Assembly (NCBI GenBank): GCA_000934665.2
Contig: KZ539212.1
Coordinates: 1-35,864 of the forward strand
DNA length: 35,864 nt
Direction: 5' to 3'
Source: Catajapyx aquilonaris
Lineage: Eukaryota
A program made the translations under genes and the position numbers. The stretch's first letter is position 1. The number at the start of each line of letters is the position of its first letter. Below the pieces are notes generated by a model. That model searched no databases and was not told the origin of the DNA. It saw only the letters and a list, made by a program, of their open reading frames with translations. Positions 1-13,100 of the stretch are shown piece after piece.

Positions 1-389
1 GGACGATGAGCTTACTAGTTCGTATTTCGCGCCGTTGGACACGCGCCACGTTGTTCCCGCCAAAAAAACAGGGGCCACCCACACTCAAAACAGGGACCGG
101 CAGAGCCATCGGAAAACAAGTCTTTTCAATCTCCTAAATTAATTACGTTTAACTTCCCTTGCTTTAAAAATTAGTAATATAGATAAAGGCGTTTCTGCTT
201 AATTTAATAATAATCAAACAGTAATATTGTTCAAACTATTTCCTAACAGCTAAAAATAATTACGAAATATTTTCCCATCATAGTTAATACACCGTCCATA
301 CAGTTTAAATTAATAGCTTATAATAAAATAGTTTGGAGGTTACACTAATACATGTCAAAGTAATAGTTCAAATTCGTTACAATAATATA

Positions 390-611
390 GGCTAAAATAG
401 TAGCTTAAATATGTTGAATAGGCTAAAATAGTATAGCTTAAATATGTTGAATAGGCTAAAATAGTATAGCTTAAATATGTTGAATAGGCTAAAATAGTAG
501 CTTAAATATGTTGAATAGTTAAATAGGTTGAATAGTTCAAATATGTTGGAATAATAGTTCAAATATGTTGAATAGGCTAAATAATAGTTAAATAGGGTTG
601 GATAGTTCAAA
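390..611. repeat. AT-rich minisatellite, 31-33 bp unit ggctaaaatagt(at)agcttaaatatgttgaata
   Basis: Four near-perfect units at 390, 421, 454 and 487, then degenerate shorter units. This explains ORF 392..610. Confidence 0.93.
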
Positions 612-613
612 TA

Positions 614-832
614 CAGGGTGTCTCAACTTTTTTTGTCCGAACAGTTATCGGAAAAGCCTTATCCTCTAGCTATGTAGCCAGAATATGCCCCGAACATTAC
701 TGGCACATCCCTCAACTGATAAAGCCAGTGAAGCATCACTGGTTGCGCAAGTCACTGCTTTAAAAAAAAAAAATAAGCAGCTGAGTGCAATATTTCTGAT
801 AATTGTTCGGACATAAAAGTTGAGACACCCTG
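614..832. mobile_element. Tc1/mariner-type MITE, 219 bp
   Basis: About 40 bp imperfect TIRs (cagggtgtctcaactttt...tgtccgaaca.ttatc.gaaa) flanked by TA at 612-613 and 833-834; no coding capacity. Confidence 0.92.
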
Positions 833-3249
833 TATGTTTGAAATCATTTAAATCGTTATTTCGATGCAATTTCAACCCAAAATTCAGATTCGTTTATTAC
901 TTGCTGAATTCAGTTTTTTTTTAAAATGTCAAGTTACAATTTGACATGGTTTAAGTCACAAAGTCTCTAAATACTGCTAAATACCGCTTCTGGTTTTCAA
1001 ATAAAAGTTTTTTTCGCCATATGTACTTATAAGATTAATGAGTCTACTTTTTTTTTAAATCCTGAAACGTTCATTTTAGAACAAAGTGTCGCTTTTGCCT
1101 TTACAAAGTGGTCCTTATTTACTGCGTAAATAGCGACACGTACAAAAAAAACCCACTAATCCTCGCTTCATTCAGTTTTATCAAAAAAAAACGTGCATCC
1201 GTCGCTTCACGGCCCGCTAGTCAAATAGGGCTGCACCCTTAATTTTTTTTTGAAACAGCATACAATTTTAGGCCCCAAGTCCTTGACCCTTGTTCACAGT
1301 AAAAAAAAAAAACCTATAAATTCACTCTAATTTGTATGAATTTGGCCTACTTCCCCCGCACCAACTATTTTTGCAGTTCCGATGGACATGCAAAATTGAT
1401 GTACACACAAACTTTGGCAAATTCTCCGCATCCTCAATTGCGCCTAATTGTCTTCAATTCATGTTAATTACTACAGTAAGCAAAACCGTCGTTGATTTAC
1501 ACCCTGCACATGTCATTACTAAATTTATGCCCTGCACCAATTGTCCCAAGTGTCCTTGCCATTGGTTTATTTTAGTGCTGTCCCTGCAAAACAATTTAAT
1601 TTTTTTTTGGGGGGGGGGGGGNGGGGAGAGAGAGACTAATTTTTCTCTGCACGCATCATATAAAATTGCAGTAGGCCTAACTCAAAAAAAAAGGAACTCA
1701 AGGATGTTACATTGTTCCTCAGCAACTATTGGCCTTATAGAAAGTGCACTTGCGGTATACCTGTTTGGAATGCAATACCACGAGTTAAGTACATGCTTGT
1801 GAAACATTTTGTCTAAGTGCCAATCAAAATCTGTCTGGGATTTTTTTTTTTTTAAAGTACATCTCAATCGATGCCGTATAAAATATTACAGCCATTTGTG
1901 CATTTAAATGTTCCGCCCTGTAATACGTCAAATGTTAAAAATCTACACCTATTTAACGGGCAGTTAAATATTTATCTACAGATATGGCGACGATTTACAG
2001 TTTGAAATTTAATGTCGCTAATATTTTGTGTTAAATTTAAGCGACCACATTTACGAATATTTTCGGTATAGCTAACAGTGGCGATTTAAAGTAGCTAACA
2101 GTTAAAAATCGTCTGACGTTTAACTATACAAGTTAATGTGCTCCATTTCACTCGAAATATTTACTCAAAAAATTATAGGCGTCCAAAAATTTCACTCAAG
2201 TCATATCGCTCAAAAAGCACAGTTTTTCATTTGGTTTCAATGTCAAATTGATGTCTATTTTTTGAGCAATCTAATATACAAAATCGAAAAACGAAACCCT
2301 TAATTTTGGATTGTACACACCTTGTCAAATCCAGAGGCCCGATTCGACCGTCTCTAGCAACACCTCACATGCACGTGTCTGCAGCAACTAAAATATTTAA
2401 AAATATGGTGTTGGACCCTTTATAGAGGCCACCGTCGTCGGCTGGCACAGCAAACTAACTAACCCTGAGCAGCATCCAATCCTTTTTACTTTCCGGCCTT
2501 AAGTGACGTCACACACACACAAAAAGCGTGTTACACGCGGCACAGATGTCGCCACCGTTCAGCCTGGCAGAGCGGACCTATTTTATATGGTGAACCAGTT
2601 GTTGTTGTGTGACCCCCAGCTGTCATTTGACTTTCTAATTCGATGAATGAAAGTTTGAAGGGGGGGAATATGAGGGAGGTAATTCCCTGGACAGATGGCG
2701 CGGTTTTTTCCCTCTCCCGGTAGCGGATAACGTGAAAGTAAACGGAAACGTGAAACTTGGCTCCACCCACAATTTTTAATAGCGCATGCGTGTTTTTCCA
2801 CGAAAAATGTGCTTCTAACGCGTAAGAAAAAAAAAGTGGTTGTGTGAATGGCCATAAGTGTGCCAGTTCAAACGTGACAACGTCTAATTTCACGTGTGCA
2901 TTGCGGTGTGTTGACCCCCCCCCCCCCCACAACAGATAAAAGTTGGCGCCTTGAGGCAGGTTCCTCAATAGATAGCAATGTTGACAAACACACCTATAGT
3001 TATTTTCTACCTGCGATGGACTATTAGCCTCGCAATCGCTACAACCGGAAAAGCGACCTTACCGCAAACGGAAATGGAAAATTCCCGCCAATTGAATCAG
3101 CGTGGCGGGAAAAAAGTCGCCTACAGATGGCTCTCCCTGAACTCCCACGTGTTGCGCTCAATGGACAAGATATTCAGATTGAAACATTTTCAGCCATATA
3201 TTATTATAGCTACAAAAAATTTGCGATCATTTCTCAAAGTTAACAATGG

Positions 3250-4090
3250 TTGTTTTCTATAATAGTGATTTTAAGAGTTACATTTTCTTTTTTAGATGAT
3301 TATTTTTATAACTTTTAAGGGTTACCTCTTCTAATAGCTGAATTTTACATGCATATTTTTATGATTTTAAGAGTTACCTTTTCTAATAGCTACATTTTGC
3401 AACATGCGCATTTTTATGATTTTAAGAGTTATGGTATCATATTAGTTGATTTTATAATAGGTGTGGTTTTCTAATAGTAAGCTTATATTTTCTAACTCGT
3501 ATTTTCTAATAAACTTAGTTATGGTTTCATGTTATATTTTCTAATAGCTACTGTTTCGCATATTAGTTGCATTTCGCAATAGTCGCAGTTTTCTAGTAAT
3601 ATTCTGTAACATATTTTCGAATAGGTTTCATATTAGTTGCATTTTGTAATAGTTGTAGTTTTATAACAGTTAACGTAGTTTTCTAAGAGTTATATTTCAA
3701 ATTATATTTCTAATAATATTGGGTCGAATTTTCCTCCCACTGCTATATAGTTACTGCTAAACTTAGCACTACCAGTATTGGCTAATGGTATAGGTACGGG
3801 TAAGTTAGCAGTACCGTACGGTAACTCGGTAAGTATACAGCAGCAGCGGGACGCAAATTCGACCCTACGTTAATAAAGTCATATTTTCTAATAATTATTA
3901 TATTTCCAAGTTATATTTAATAATGGCTACATATATTTGTGTAATAGTTCCGGTTTCGTCATAAATTACTTTGTATAACAGCTAATTGTGATTTTATAAC
4001 CGTTATTTTCTGACAGTTATATTTTTCTCTGGGTATAACTTTTCGAAACGTATTGGCTACATATAAGCAGTCGAATATAAAAGGTAAATA
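3250..4090. repeat. Degenerate AT-rich tandem/low-complexity array (ttttctaatag.ta-like units)
   Basis: Many recurrences of tttctaata, gattttaagagtta and catattagttg; interrupted by the MITE at 3721. Confidence 0.7.
3721..3865. mobile_element. MITE-like element (family A), 145 bp, superfamily unassigned
   Basis: About 25 bp imperfect TIRs: gggtcgaattttcctcccactgct / agcagcgggacgcaaattcgaccc. Related copies at about 7588-7632 and 34119-34172. Confidence 0.8.
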
Positions 4091-7000
4091 TAAAATTATG
4101 TGAAAATAAGTGAGAGACGTGGGTGGAAAATGCGGGGGTGTTGGAGAAGATCGATGGGTGGGTGGGTGTGGGTGGTAGTAGGCAGAATTGGGTCCCTGGG
4201 TTTTAATACGCAGACGCGACTTATTTCTCTCTTTTCGCCATGGCAACTACAACTCATCATTCTGATGATCATCCAGGCCACGTTTTCAGAGCCGCATCAC
4301 ATCAGCCAACCTGTGGCTTCCCCCCACACAGTATATGGCAAAAAAAAAAAACATCAACGCTTTGACCAATTTTACGCCCTTTTGGTTCCAGGTATGGCTT
4401 CCGTTGGATGGGAGCCTTAATCGAGTTCTGACGGCCTCTGTAGACGGAAAGATAACTGGGTTATACAGGGGGGGAAAGTTACGTAACTGCTGTCAAAACT
4501 GCTGCAAAACACTGTCAGCTATTGTTATCGTTAACTGAGAGAGCGCCTTCAACCGGTTATCGGTTTGTTCAGTTTTCTGGCAAAATAATCTTATCTTAAG
4601 GACAGTACACAGATCACTCTATGTCATTGCGAATCCCAGCCATCGCATCGCCGCAATTTTAATTCAAATTGATTTCCATTTTTTAAATCGGACAGGCTCG
4701 AGTGCAAGGAACATAAACGCATTACATGTCATCATAGGAATCATTGGAGCCATGATTACTCCACAAAGTGATTGATTACGCGAGTGGACATTGACCTTAT
4801 ATGCCCGACGGACAGTATGGATTAATTGCACACGGAAAATCATTACAATAATTCATACGGGCGTCCATGAATGAACATTGCTTTTGCTCAAAGTAAACAG
4901 TGAAGCGAACCTATAGTTGCTATTGATATTTTAAAAAATTAATTTCAATATCAGCGGACATACGACACTTCCATCGCATGCTACCTACTCGCTAATAAAA
5001 TTAATTTTAATCAAAACACGAGTGTATTTAGATGAAAAAGGCAATACCGCAAGGAGGGATGCATACCTGGCAGGATACATAATAAAGTGAGCGCATGACT
5101 TCACCCATAGACATTACTATGTAATAAAACCTGTTAGGATGTTACGGGATGTTACGAAATACATCGTTCACGCATTTAAAAAAAAGCCGCAGCCTAATTT
5201 GCATCGCAATATTAGGTAAACACGTTACCTAACATGTAAAATGTCAGCCACTGCTGCCCCGTGCACTATGACTTTCATAAAAATTACGATTTGAAGGCCA
5301 GTCCGCATTACGACGTGTGTAATGATGCGATTTTTTTTATAATTACATATCAGCATAGTATTACCCACAACAGAACTGAATACAAAATGTCCATCATCTT
5401 CTCATATATCTGAGTTGCTGGACACCTCCCTGTCCGAATCAGCTATATAACTGGGGCTCTCAGTTTCGACTCCCAAGCTAATGGACACCTCTGTAACTGA
5501 TAGCCTCTCCCAAAAAGCATCAACATTGCCCCCCCTTCTTGTCAGCTCAAACTGTGATGCACTGTGGTTCATAGTCCTCCAGTCCTTTAAAAAAAAAAAT
5601 AGTCGCCCTCTTCGTTGATCCAATCGACCTATTACTAGACTATTTTCGCCCACAGGATATTGCGTTTGGACTCTCAGAACTTAATTAGGGAAAGACACTA
5701 TGTGCTCAGAATATAAGCTAGATTCAGTTGAAGTTGCTCAAGCTATACTTGTTCAAAAATTATTCAGGGCCAATCAATCCATTGTTGAGACCAGCTGACA
5801 TGTGATTAGCTTTTTTATTACCCCATAAATCACGATTCAATTTTAGGGCCGGAACATTTTCTTCAACAATAGGGCTGCCTATACCATTTTACATCTGCGG
5901 ATGACACCATATTAATTACACCTGTAATCACCGTTTTTATCGCCTACAGATAAGCCATTACCTTTTCATATAGTACAAGCTCGTGTTATTCACTCCACAG
6001 ATCCATACACTTGACCATCACAATTGAAGTCTATTGGTGTGTGCCCTACATTGGCACGTGTTCATGATGCAACAATAATTAATTGAGTTGTGCGCAATTG
6101 ACGCCCCAGTAAATCAAATCTATAGACGGGCTTGAGTGAAACCTTTCGCACGAAAGGCGTGATAAGCGTTCAATCAAAAAATGTTCAACTCAAAATTCTA
6201 CGCACGCTAAATAAGATGGGCAATCAGATATACTATTTACACACGTGCAATTTTCTATACGTGATTGATACCCAAGGACGAGAGAATTGCATAACATTTT
6301 TTTTATATCATCTTTTGAGTGAGCTTGCTTTCGAGGCTCGGTTTTCCGTGTCTGAATAGTACAATAGTAAAGTACTATTTGGGGTTGGCACAAAGGGCAC
6401 AATCAAGGCATGACCTCAATGTGTAGTGTATGGACCCTTCACAGGGTGTGCTAGAACATGTGTACAAGTTTTACAGCCGTTTTTACTGATTAGCTGCTTG
6501 TTAGAGGAGAAGCAACTAACGCCTTGCTAGTTGCTACATTGTAACGAACTAATGCTTCATAAAGAATCATTTGAAATTTGATACAGTCATACACACACCA
6601 TAATGACATCCAACAATGTACAAAAAATTGCAAATAACGAAACAATTTTAAAAAAATGCAAGTGACGTCCCTAATATTTCGAGCAGTGTCCTGTCCGGCG
6701 CCACCTTTTCACAGTGGAGCCTAACTATTATAGACTGGACCTAAGTGAATGAATTGGACTTCCGGTACAGTCAGAGTCCAATCGGCCAGTCTTCCTCACG
6801 AAAAAAAAAAAAAACTGAGGTCAAAGGTGACTCCTTTTTTTTCCTTGTCTGCAATAAATTCACATGCATTTGCATATACGACAGGTACACATTGCGCAAC
6901 ATGATCCGAATTGTTTCAATACGTGTCTTGAAAGCAAAATGTGATGTGGTAGTAGCCATCGGTCCCAAGGCCATCATTTGCATCCTATATACTTCTTCTC

Positions 7001-7587
7001 ATCGTTGAGATAATAATAATAGAAGAAAAAAAAAAGGGAGTCAACCAACCACCCATTTTCTAGCTGCTGACCTTAGCAATTTCAGGCCCAGGCTTATCTT
7101 AAGTCCACTTTGCGGGGGCTTGGGGGGACTTAATGGATTGTCCTTGAGAGGATTCACCTGATGGACGCAATTTTGGAGGACACTTTAAAACTACAATTAA
7201 GAAGAATTTTTTTTTGTTAAAAATAATCTAAGACTAAAAAATTTTGCTAGTCGAATCAACAGGTTTCTGATTCATTTTCTGATTAATTTTTTAAAAAAAT
7301 TGGTAGGACTCCCTTAATTCAGGTGCGTTAATTAAAGCAGAAGGTATATATGAAGGTGGAAAAGACGAGTGATTGATTTTGAGGGAGGGCTGGGGAGGGA
7401 AGGTGGGGGTATGTGTCAATCAGGCTCGTCGCCCTTAGTTACGGTTTGCAAACTGCTAATTGATGATCTGCTGATGGGTTCTATCAGCTACGATAAAAAC
7501 GGGTGTATCTATAGGAGTTCATATAAGGCTACCATTTCTGACAAGAATACCAGGTAAGATTTAACCACGAAATTTAGCATTTTATGC

Positions 7588-7632
7588 TACTGCTAACTTA
7601 GAAGTAACTAGCAGTGGGAAGAAAATTCGACC
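7588..7632. mobile_element. Partial copy of MITE family A (one end)
   Basis: Reverse complement reads ggtcgaattttcttcccactgctagttacttctaagttagcagta. Confidence 0.75.
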
Positions 7633-7777
7633 TGGGGATGAAACTTGGATTTGACCTAATTTGAATGGTTTAATTTTTGATAAAACTAGTAATTGTGATT
7701 ATGTGGTTCACAAATCAGTACTGAGGATCTGTCTGGTTTAAAGGCATGGACTGTCAGATGGGGGGGGGGGGGGGGGG

Positions 7778-7791
7778 NNNNNNNNNNNNNN
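7778..7791. other. Assembly gap (N run) within poly-G tracts
   Basis: 14 Ns flanked by G homopolymers. Isolated Ns also occur in or next to G runs near 1622, 8356 and 13051. Confidence 0.95.
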
Positions 7792-8040
7792 TCGCGGGGG
7801 GGGGGGGTTAGATTCTGGAGAGCGCCAAGCTCATTGGACTGATGACTTATTTCCTTTGGGCGGCGGATGGATGAGGGGAACTAACTCAAACGGATGGGCC
7901 CAGGGACATCCCTCCCCAACCAACCTCCTACACTCAATATCTACCTCCATCCGCCTGCTATTGAAGCCGATATCACAAGGCGACAACCCATATAATAATT
8001 AAACAAAAAAAATAACAAAAATGGGATGTAAGTAACTCAC

Positions 8041-8240
8041 AAAAGTCGCTGTAAAGGTCCTCCACCAGCCTCCTCATCATTTCTCTCCGGCTGCTCCTCC
8101 ACACGCTGGCTCATCTCTCAACAAAGTCTCACTCGCACATATGGACTAACATGTACTAAGAGCAAGTCCACACGCTTCTCCTAGATCTGAATCCAGCGCG
8201 CGCGACCTCTACCGCTCTCGCTTTTTCTCCGGAAGACACT
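8041..8240 (-). CDS. Putative first exon of an unidentified gene. Coding start is either MMRRLVEDLYSDF (ATG 8080, phase 1) or MSQRVEEQPERNDEEAGGGPLQRL (ATG 8114, phase 2)
   Basis: Purine-rich exon-like sequence ending TTTT|gtgagt (donor 8040). Both frames are open to the donor. No downstream exon was confidently identified in 1-8040. Confidence 0.55.
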
Positions 8241-8317
8241 GAGCGGGGGACCCCAAGTCTGCTCCGGATGTTACGCTTCGCTTGGGAGGGCGGAGCTAAA
8301 AAGGAGCTTCGACCAAT
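8238..8317 (-). promoter_or_regulatory. Putative core promoter of a second minus-strand gene
   Basis: TCAGT initiator (8242-8238, minus), GGGCGG box at 8288-8293 and CCAAT at 8313-8317 (about -75). CpG-rich context, followed by ATGs and a consensus splice donor. Confidence 0.55.
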
Positions 8318-8698
8318 CCCTTGTCTGGATATAGGGAGAGGGGGGGGGGGGGGGNGAAGGGGGGAAAAAAAATTAAATTTCTCGCCGGAATTTGCGTGAG
8401 GCTGGGAATGACACTGACCTGGTTTTTAGCAAATTGCTAAATGACATATGGCAGGTGTAATTCAAGGGCAAGCTCTATAGGAAACAATTAAAATATTTAA
8501 AATTAGCAACAGCAATTAATATGAGGGGAGGGGGAAATAATTAAGAAATTTTATTTTTGGGGGTTGAGCTTAACTACGTTGAGGTCATGGTATGGGCAAT
8601 TTCAAAATTAGTGGTCATATCGCAACATCACTTGAGCCCACTTTCAGATGACCTCGTTGCCGCAGCTAAATGCCACTGTCAAGTTTTACACTTACAAG

Positions 8699-9033
8699 AA
8701 TCATCGGTGTAGTCCGGCTGTCCCGTACAATTACATCAGAACAATCACCGGTGTAGTCCGGCTGTCCTGTAAAATATCAGAACAATCACCGGTGTACTCC
8801 GACTGTCCTGTACAATTGTATCAGAACAATCACCGGTGTACCGGCTGTCCCATAAAATTATAGACCAATCACCGGTGTACTCCGGCTGTCCCGTACAATT
8901 ATATCAGAACAACAGTGTAGTCCGGCTGTCCCATACAATTATATCAGAACAACGGTGTAGTCCGGCTGTCCCGTACAATTATATCAGAACAATCATCAGC
9001 GTAGTCTGCCGTCCTGTAAAATGATATCAGAAC
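8699..9033. repeat. Minisatellite, about 8 copies of a 39-44 bp unit (tcagaacaatcaccggtgtagtccggctgtcccgtacaattata)
   Basis: Directly adjacent imperfect units with no unique spacers. Confidence 0.95.
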
Positions 9034-10010
9034 TTACCTGCAATTGATGTGACGTGAGAGGTAATAAGGATATGTAAATGAGTGTTAATAAGATGTGGTG
9101 GCTGCAATGTCTCAGCAGCCTTTGTTTTACTCAAAACCGCTCTACACATAAGGATAGTAATAGTCCCATGTCTCTAGGCCTAAGGCTCACACATTCAGCC
9201 TAGCCTACACAGCGAAGAGGGGGGAAGGTTTGGGATTGAAGGAAGTTGGGGGAGGGTTTTCTTCTTCTGGGGGGAGGGGTGGGGTTGGGGGAGATATGGC
9301 AGGGCCTTTTTTGGGAAAATAAAAACCTAATCTGCATAAAATTTGTGAAAGAAGGGGAAAGAAATAAAAGAAAAAAGGCCCCTCAACAACCAGTAGGTGG
9401 CAGATTGGGAGCCTCGCTCTCCCATTTCCCCAACAATCCAACTCGGGTGCAAAAAAAATAATTTCAGCACTGGAATTTGAACTGCTCTACATACCAACTG
9501 AAAGGGGAGGGAATAATTTTCAGTGCAAGTTTAGATTCTATGTGGGACGTCCCGGGATGGAAACTTGTGCTGAACAGAAATGCGCAAGAGCACAGATCAA
9601 CCAGAAGTCATTAACATTTACTTCCAATGCATGTCGACAATAAGAGACATCAGGTAGCGTATTGTTGACATCTGTTGAACTGTCAAATAGACGCCAACTG
9701 AATTTCTGTAAATATCCTGATGTCTCCAGTTGTCCAGTTTTGAAAGGCAATGGTACGTCAACTGATGCGATCAAGGCTCTTCGGATATAACTCGCTGTAC
9801 AGCACATCTTCGCATCGTGGAGGTCCAAATTTACAAATCGAAGCGTGCGCTGAAATCAAACCGCATCCTTTTCATCATCCCCCCGCAACCCAGTGGCCTC
9901 TACCTGTCTTTCTCTATTCACACCGACAAGGCCAAACCGCATACACAAATGTACACACTTACAATCACTGCATAAGTACTATTATTATTAGTCCCTTTCT
10001 CCCAACTCAC

Positions 10011-10068
10011 TAATAATAATAATAATAATATAATATAATATAATAATAATAATGATATTATAATAATA
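10011..10068. repeat. (AAT)n microsatellite
   Basis: Direct reading. Confidence 0.95.
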
Positions 10069-10149
10069 AAGATATGATGATGATGGGTAATGATAATTCA
10101 AAGTGAAGATGATAACAAAGGGGCTGAGGGGGGATTTTATAGTCGTAGA

Positions 10150-13100
10150 GTGGAATTATTTACAGGCTGCCCTTACTGCCACCAGCCGGCTGTGGATCCT
10201 CTTTTTCGTTTGATTCGCATGTCTCGAAAAACGTTCATTCACGCCGCACTCACTCTTTACTATGTACAAAGCCAATGGTTCATGATTCTCTCTCTTGTAA
10301 CGCACTCACACAAACTCATGCACTCTTTTGCCCATTCACTCCCTCTCGGCACTTCTCCAATTTTTCGCTTTTTCGTGTTACTGGTCGGATTTGTGTCATC
10401 ATGTCATCCAATCTTTATCCTAACCAATACATCTAAATAAAGACACAGAGACAATTATTTTGGCAGATTGGGTACACTACTCCCTAATACTTTTCCCTTC
10501 ACCGCAAGGTGGCAGTCGCCTCGAGTTTATTCAACATGTAAAAAAAAAAATTTATTATTTTTTTTTTAAAAGAGCCCAGCTGTTTTTCTTGTTTCTTGAA
10601 GAAAAATCATGTAATCTTCAAATCAGCAAGTGACGGCCAATTATACAAGTTTATGGAAAAAGATGTGCATCCTGCCACCTCCGAAAGGATGATAATTATT
10701 TACAACTCTGGTCATTCAAATAAACAAAAAAAAAACACATATTGGGCAACAAAAAAAAAACAATAATACAATAAAGAAACAAAATTTAACGAAGCAAAAC
10801 CAGGGTGACTTGGGGAGGAGAGGTTTGGGCTTTTTTTTTGTTTTTTTTTAAACGTTTGCATTTTGTAAACAGTTCTCGGGGCAGGGAAAAAATTGCTGGA
10901 GAGGCCAACTGAGTAAGGCAGTTTGGTCTTGGAGATGGGAATGTGTACACGTGTGGTATAGTCCATTCTTCTTTTTTTTAGAGACCAGATTTTTTATCAT
11001 ATGTATATAAAGAAGTCCCCCTTCCTTTGCTTCCACCATTAGAAAAACGATACAAACATGTTGCGAAGCCGGTTTTACATCTCCTGGGATTATTTCTTAA
11101 TTTTGAGTCCTTGGAAAAAATCTCAAAACCCATTTTGGTGCTACGACTGGCCTAAAAAGTACAAAAATGGGCTACACATATACGGTTGTAATGTGTATGT
11201 TTTGCATGTGTTATGTGTGTGTTAATGTGTTGTGTCACAGACACATTGGTGTAATGCGGCGTTTCCCCGAAGTGTCTGGACACTTCATGTAGCACTTGCT
11301 GTAACGTCTTGTGGGCCGCACCAGGTATCCAAAACTTTCTGGCTTCCTAGTAAAGTGTGAGGATATGTCTGTCCAGCAGCCTTCAGGCAACACATGCGGT
11401 TAACAGATTGGTCGCAATATTGACGTCAACGTGTATGTGTGTGCACAGATACATGGGTGAAAAATATGTCCCCATGTCGACAAAACCCGAGGCCAACTGG
11501 ACAGACGTACCGATGGGACGACCCAAACTTTACGAACAAACCAGAAGATCCTGGGCGCTTGGTGTAACTTGTGAGACATTGCAGTATGTGGCAGCACTTT
11601 GCAAAAGTGCCACATGTGAAGAAGGGAGGGAAGAGTAGGGGGAAGGAGGAGATGAGGGGTCGGGGGATAAGGTTTGGAAACATAAAATGCATCAATATTA
11701 ATATTATTTTTGTTTTGTTTTGATGTTGCTGATGTCGTTTGTCCCCATCACTTTTTGCACTGTTCAGATGTCTCTCGCATCATTTTTCTTCACGCACATT
11801 TTTAAAGTCACTTGTCTGGTTCCTTTACCAATTTGGCATTATCTTCCAGCAGCATTCTCGCTTCATTTACGATGTCTGTTTTATCACTCCCCTTCCCCAC
11901 TGCACCACCCCTTTATTATTTTGCTTTGGGAAACAATCCATTTTTTTTTTGGTCCAACCAACTTCAGGGGAAGAAGAGATCCATTAATAAAAACAATTGG
12001 AAAAAAAAAAAAAAAAAAAATTTGTTTTTTTTTTTTGAAAATGGAAAGATCACCATCACACTGAAGATTCACTGATCTGTCCCTCTTGAAAAAGTTGTCT
12101 CGAGGCCAGATCTTCCTCGCTACTTGCAATTTTTCGTCTGACGGCCCGATAACTTGGAGGTCCTTCTACACGCCGTCAACTATTGGTAGTCAGAACACTT
12201 TGGGGAGGGGAGGGGAAGGAAGGAAGGAAGGAAGGTGGCAAGGAGCATAGACAGGAAAAATTTATATAGATTTTAGGGAAGGTACAAGGGAATCCATTTG
12301 TACACAACTCGAGGGTTTTTTTCTCCCTCGACTTTTTTTATGCTTTCGCATTTTTTCTTCTTCTTTATACAAAAAAATTGGGTACGGAACAAGGGGAGAG
12401 GACAAGAATTGGTGGCCATAGAGTTTAAGGAGTTTGGGGGGGAGAGGTCATCACAACAATCATATGTTTGCGGTGTGCTATTTTCATATATATATTTTTT
12501 TTGGTTACTTCTTCTGAGTCTAGATTTAAACATACTCAGGAAATCTCGTATCAGAACATTAAGACTTGCTGATTGGTTGCTGGAAACTTCGGTTGTAGTC
12601 CTGCAGCGATTAATTGGAACAATCATAGAGTCGCTGTTTTACCTTGCACAGCAAAATAATTTGGTGCCAAATAACAACTATGTTAAAACTGACTGCATCT
12701 TGGTAATAAAATGTAGCACATGTAGGAACAAAAAAAATACTGTAATGTTGCGGAAGCCGCTCCAGTCAATCTGAAAATTCGATTTCACTGACGATGTCAC
12801 ATATAATAAAATTGCCTGGTTAGGGCGTAATTATTAATTGCGATCAAAATGCTTGCGACTTCATCTACAATCACAGGATGAGCCTCAAAAGGCGGTGGGA
12901 AATACTGGAAGAATAGCACAACTAACACACGTTTCCTGGCTGGTTCCATGGACTTGCTGGCAGTGGTACCGAGATTGAGTGGACACGTCACAACAACCCA
13001 AGCTTAGAATGGACCCATCTGCATTTATACTGAGGGGGGGGGGGGGGGGANGAAGTCATACAAACTTACAAAAATTCACTTGCTAACTGAATGGGTGCTA

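Noticed and set aside
5360..5590. Acidic ORF fragment (DSDREVSSNSDI*EDDGHF) as exon 2 of the second gene or a transposase remnant
   Set aside because: All frames from the apparent acceptor hit stops, and there is no diagnostic motif; unresolved without a search
7760..7807. Poly-G tracts as G-quadruplex elements
   Set aside because: They contain Ns and an assembly gap, so their lengths are unreliable
8699..9033. CRISPR-like array
   Set aside because: The units are contiguous with no unique spacers, there are no cas genes, and the context is eukaryotic. It is a minisatellite.
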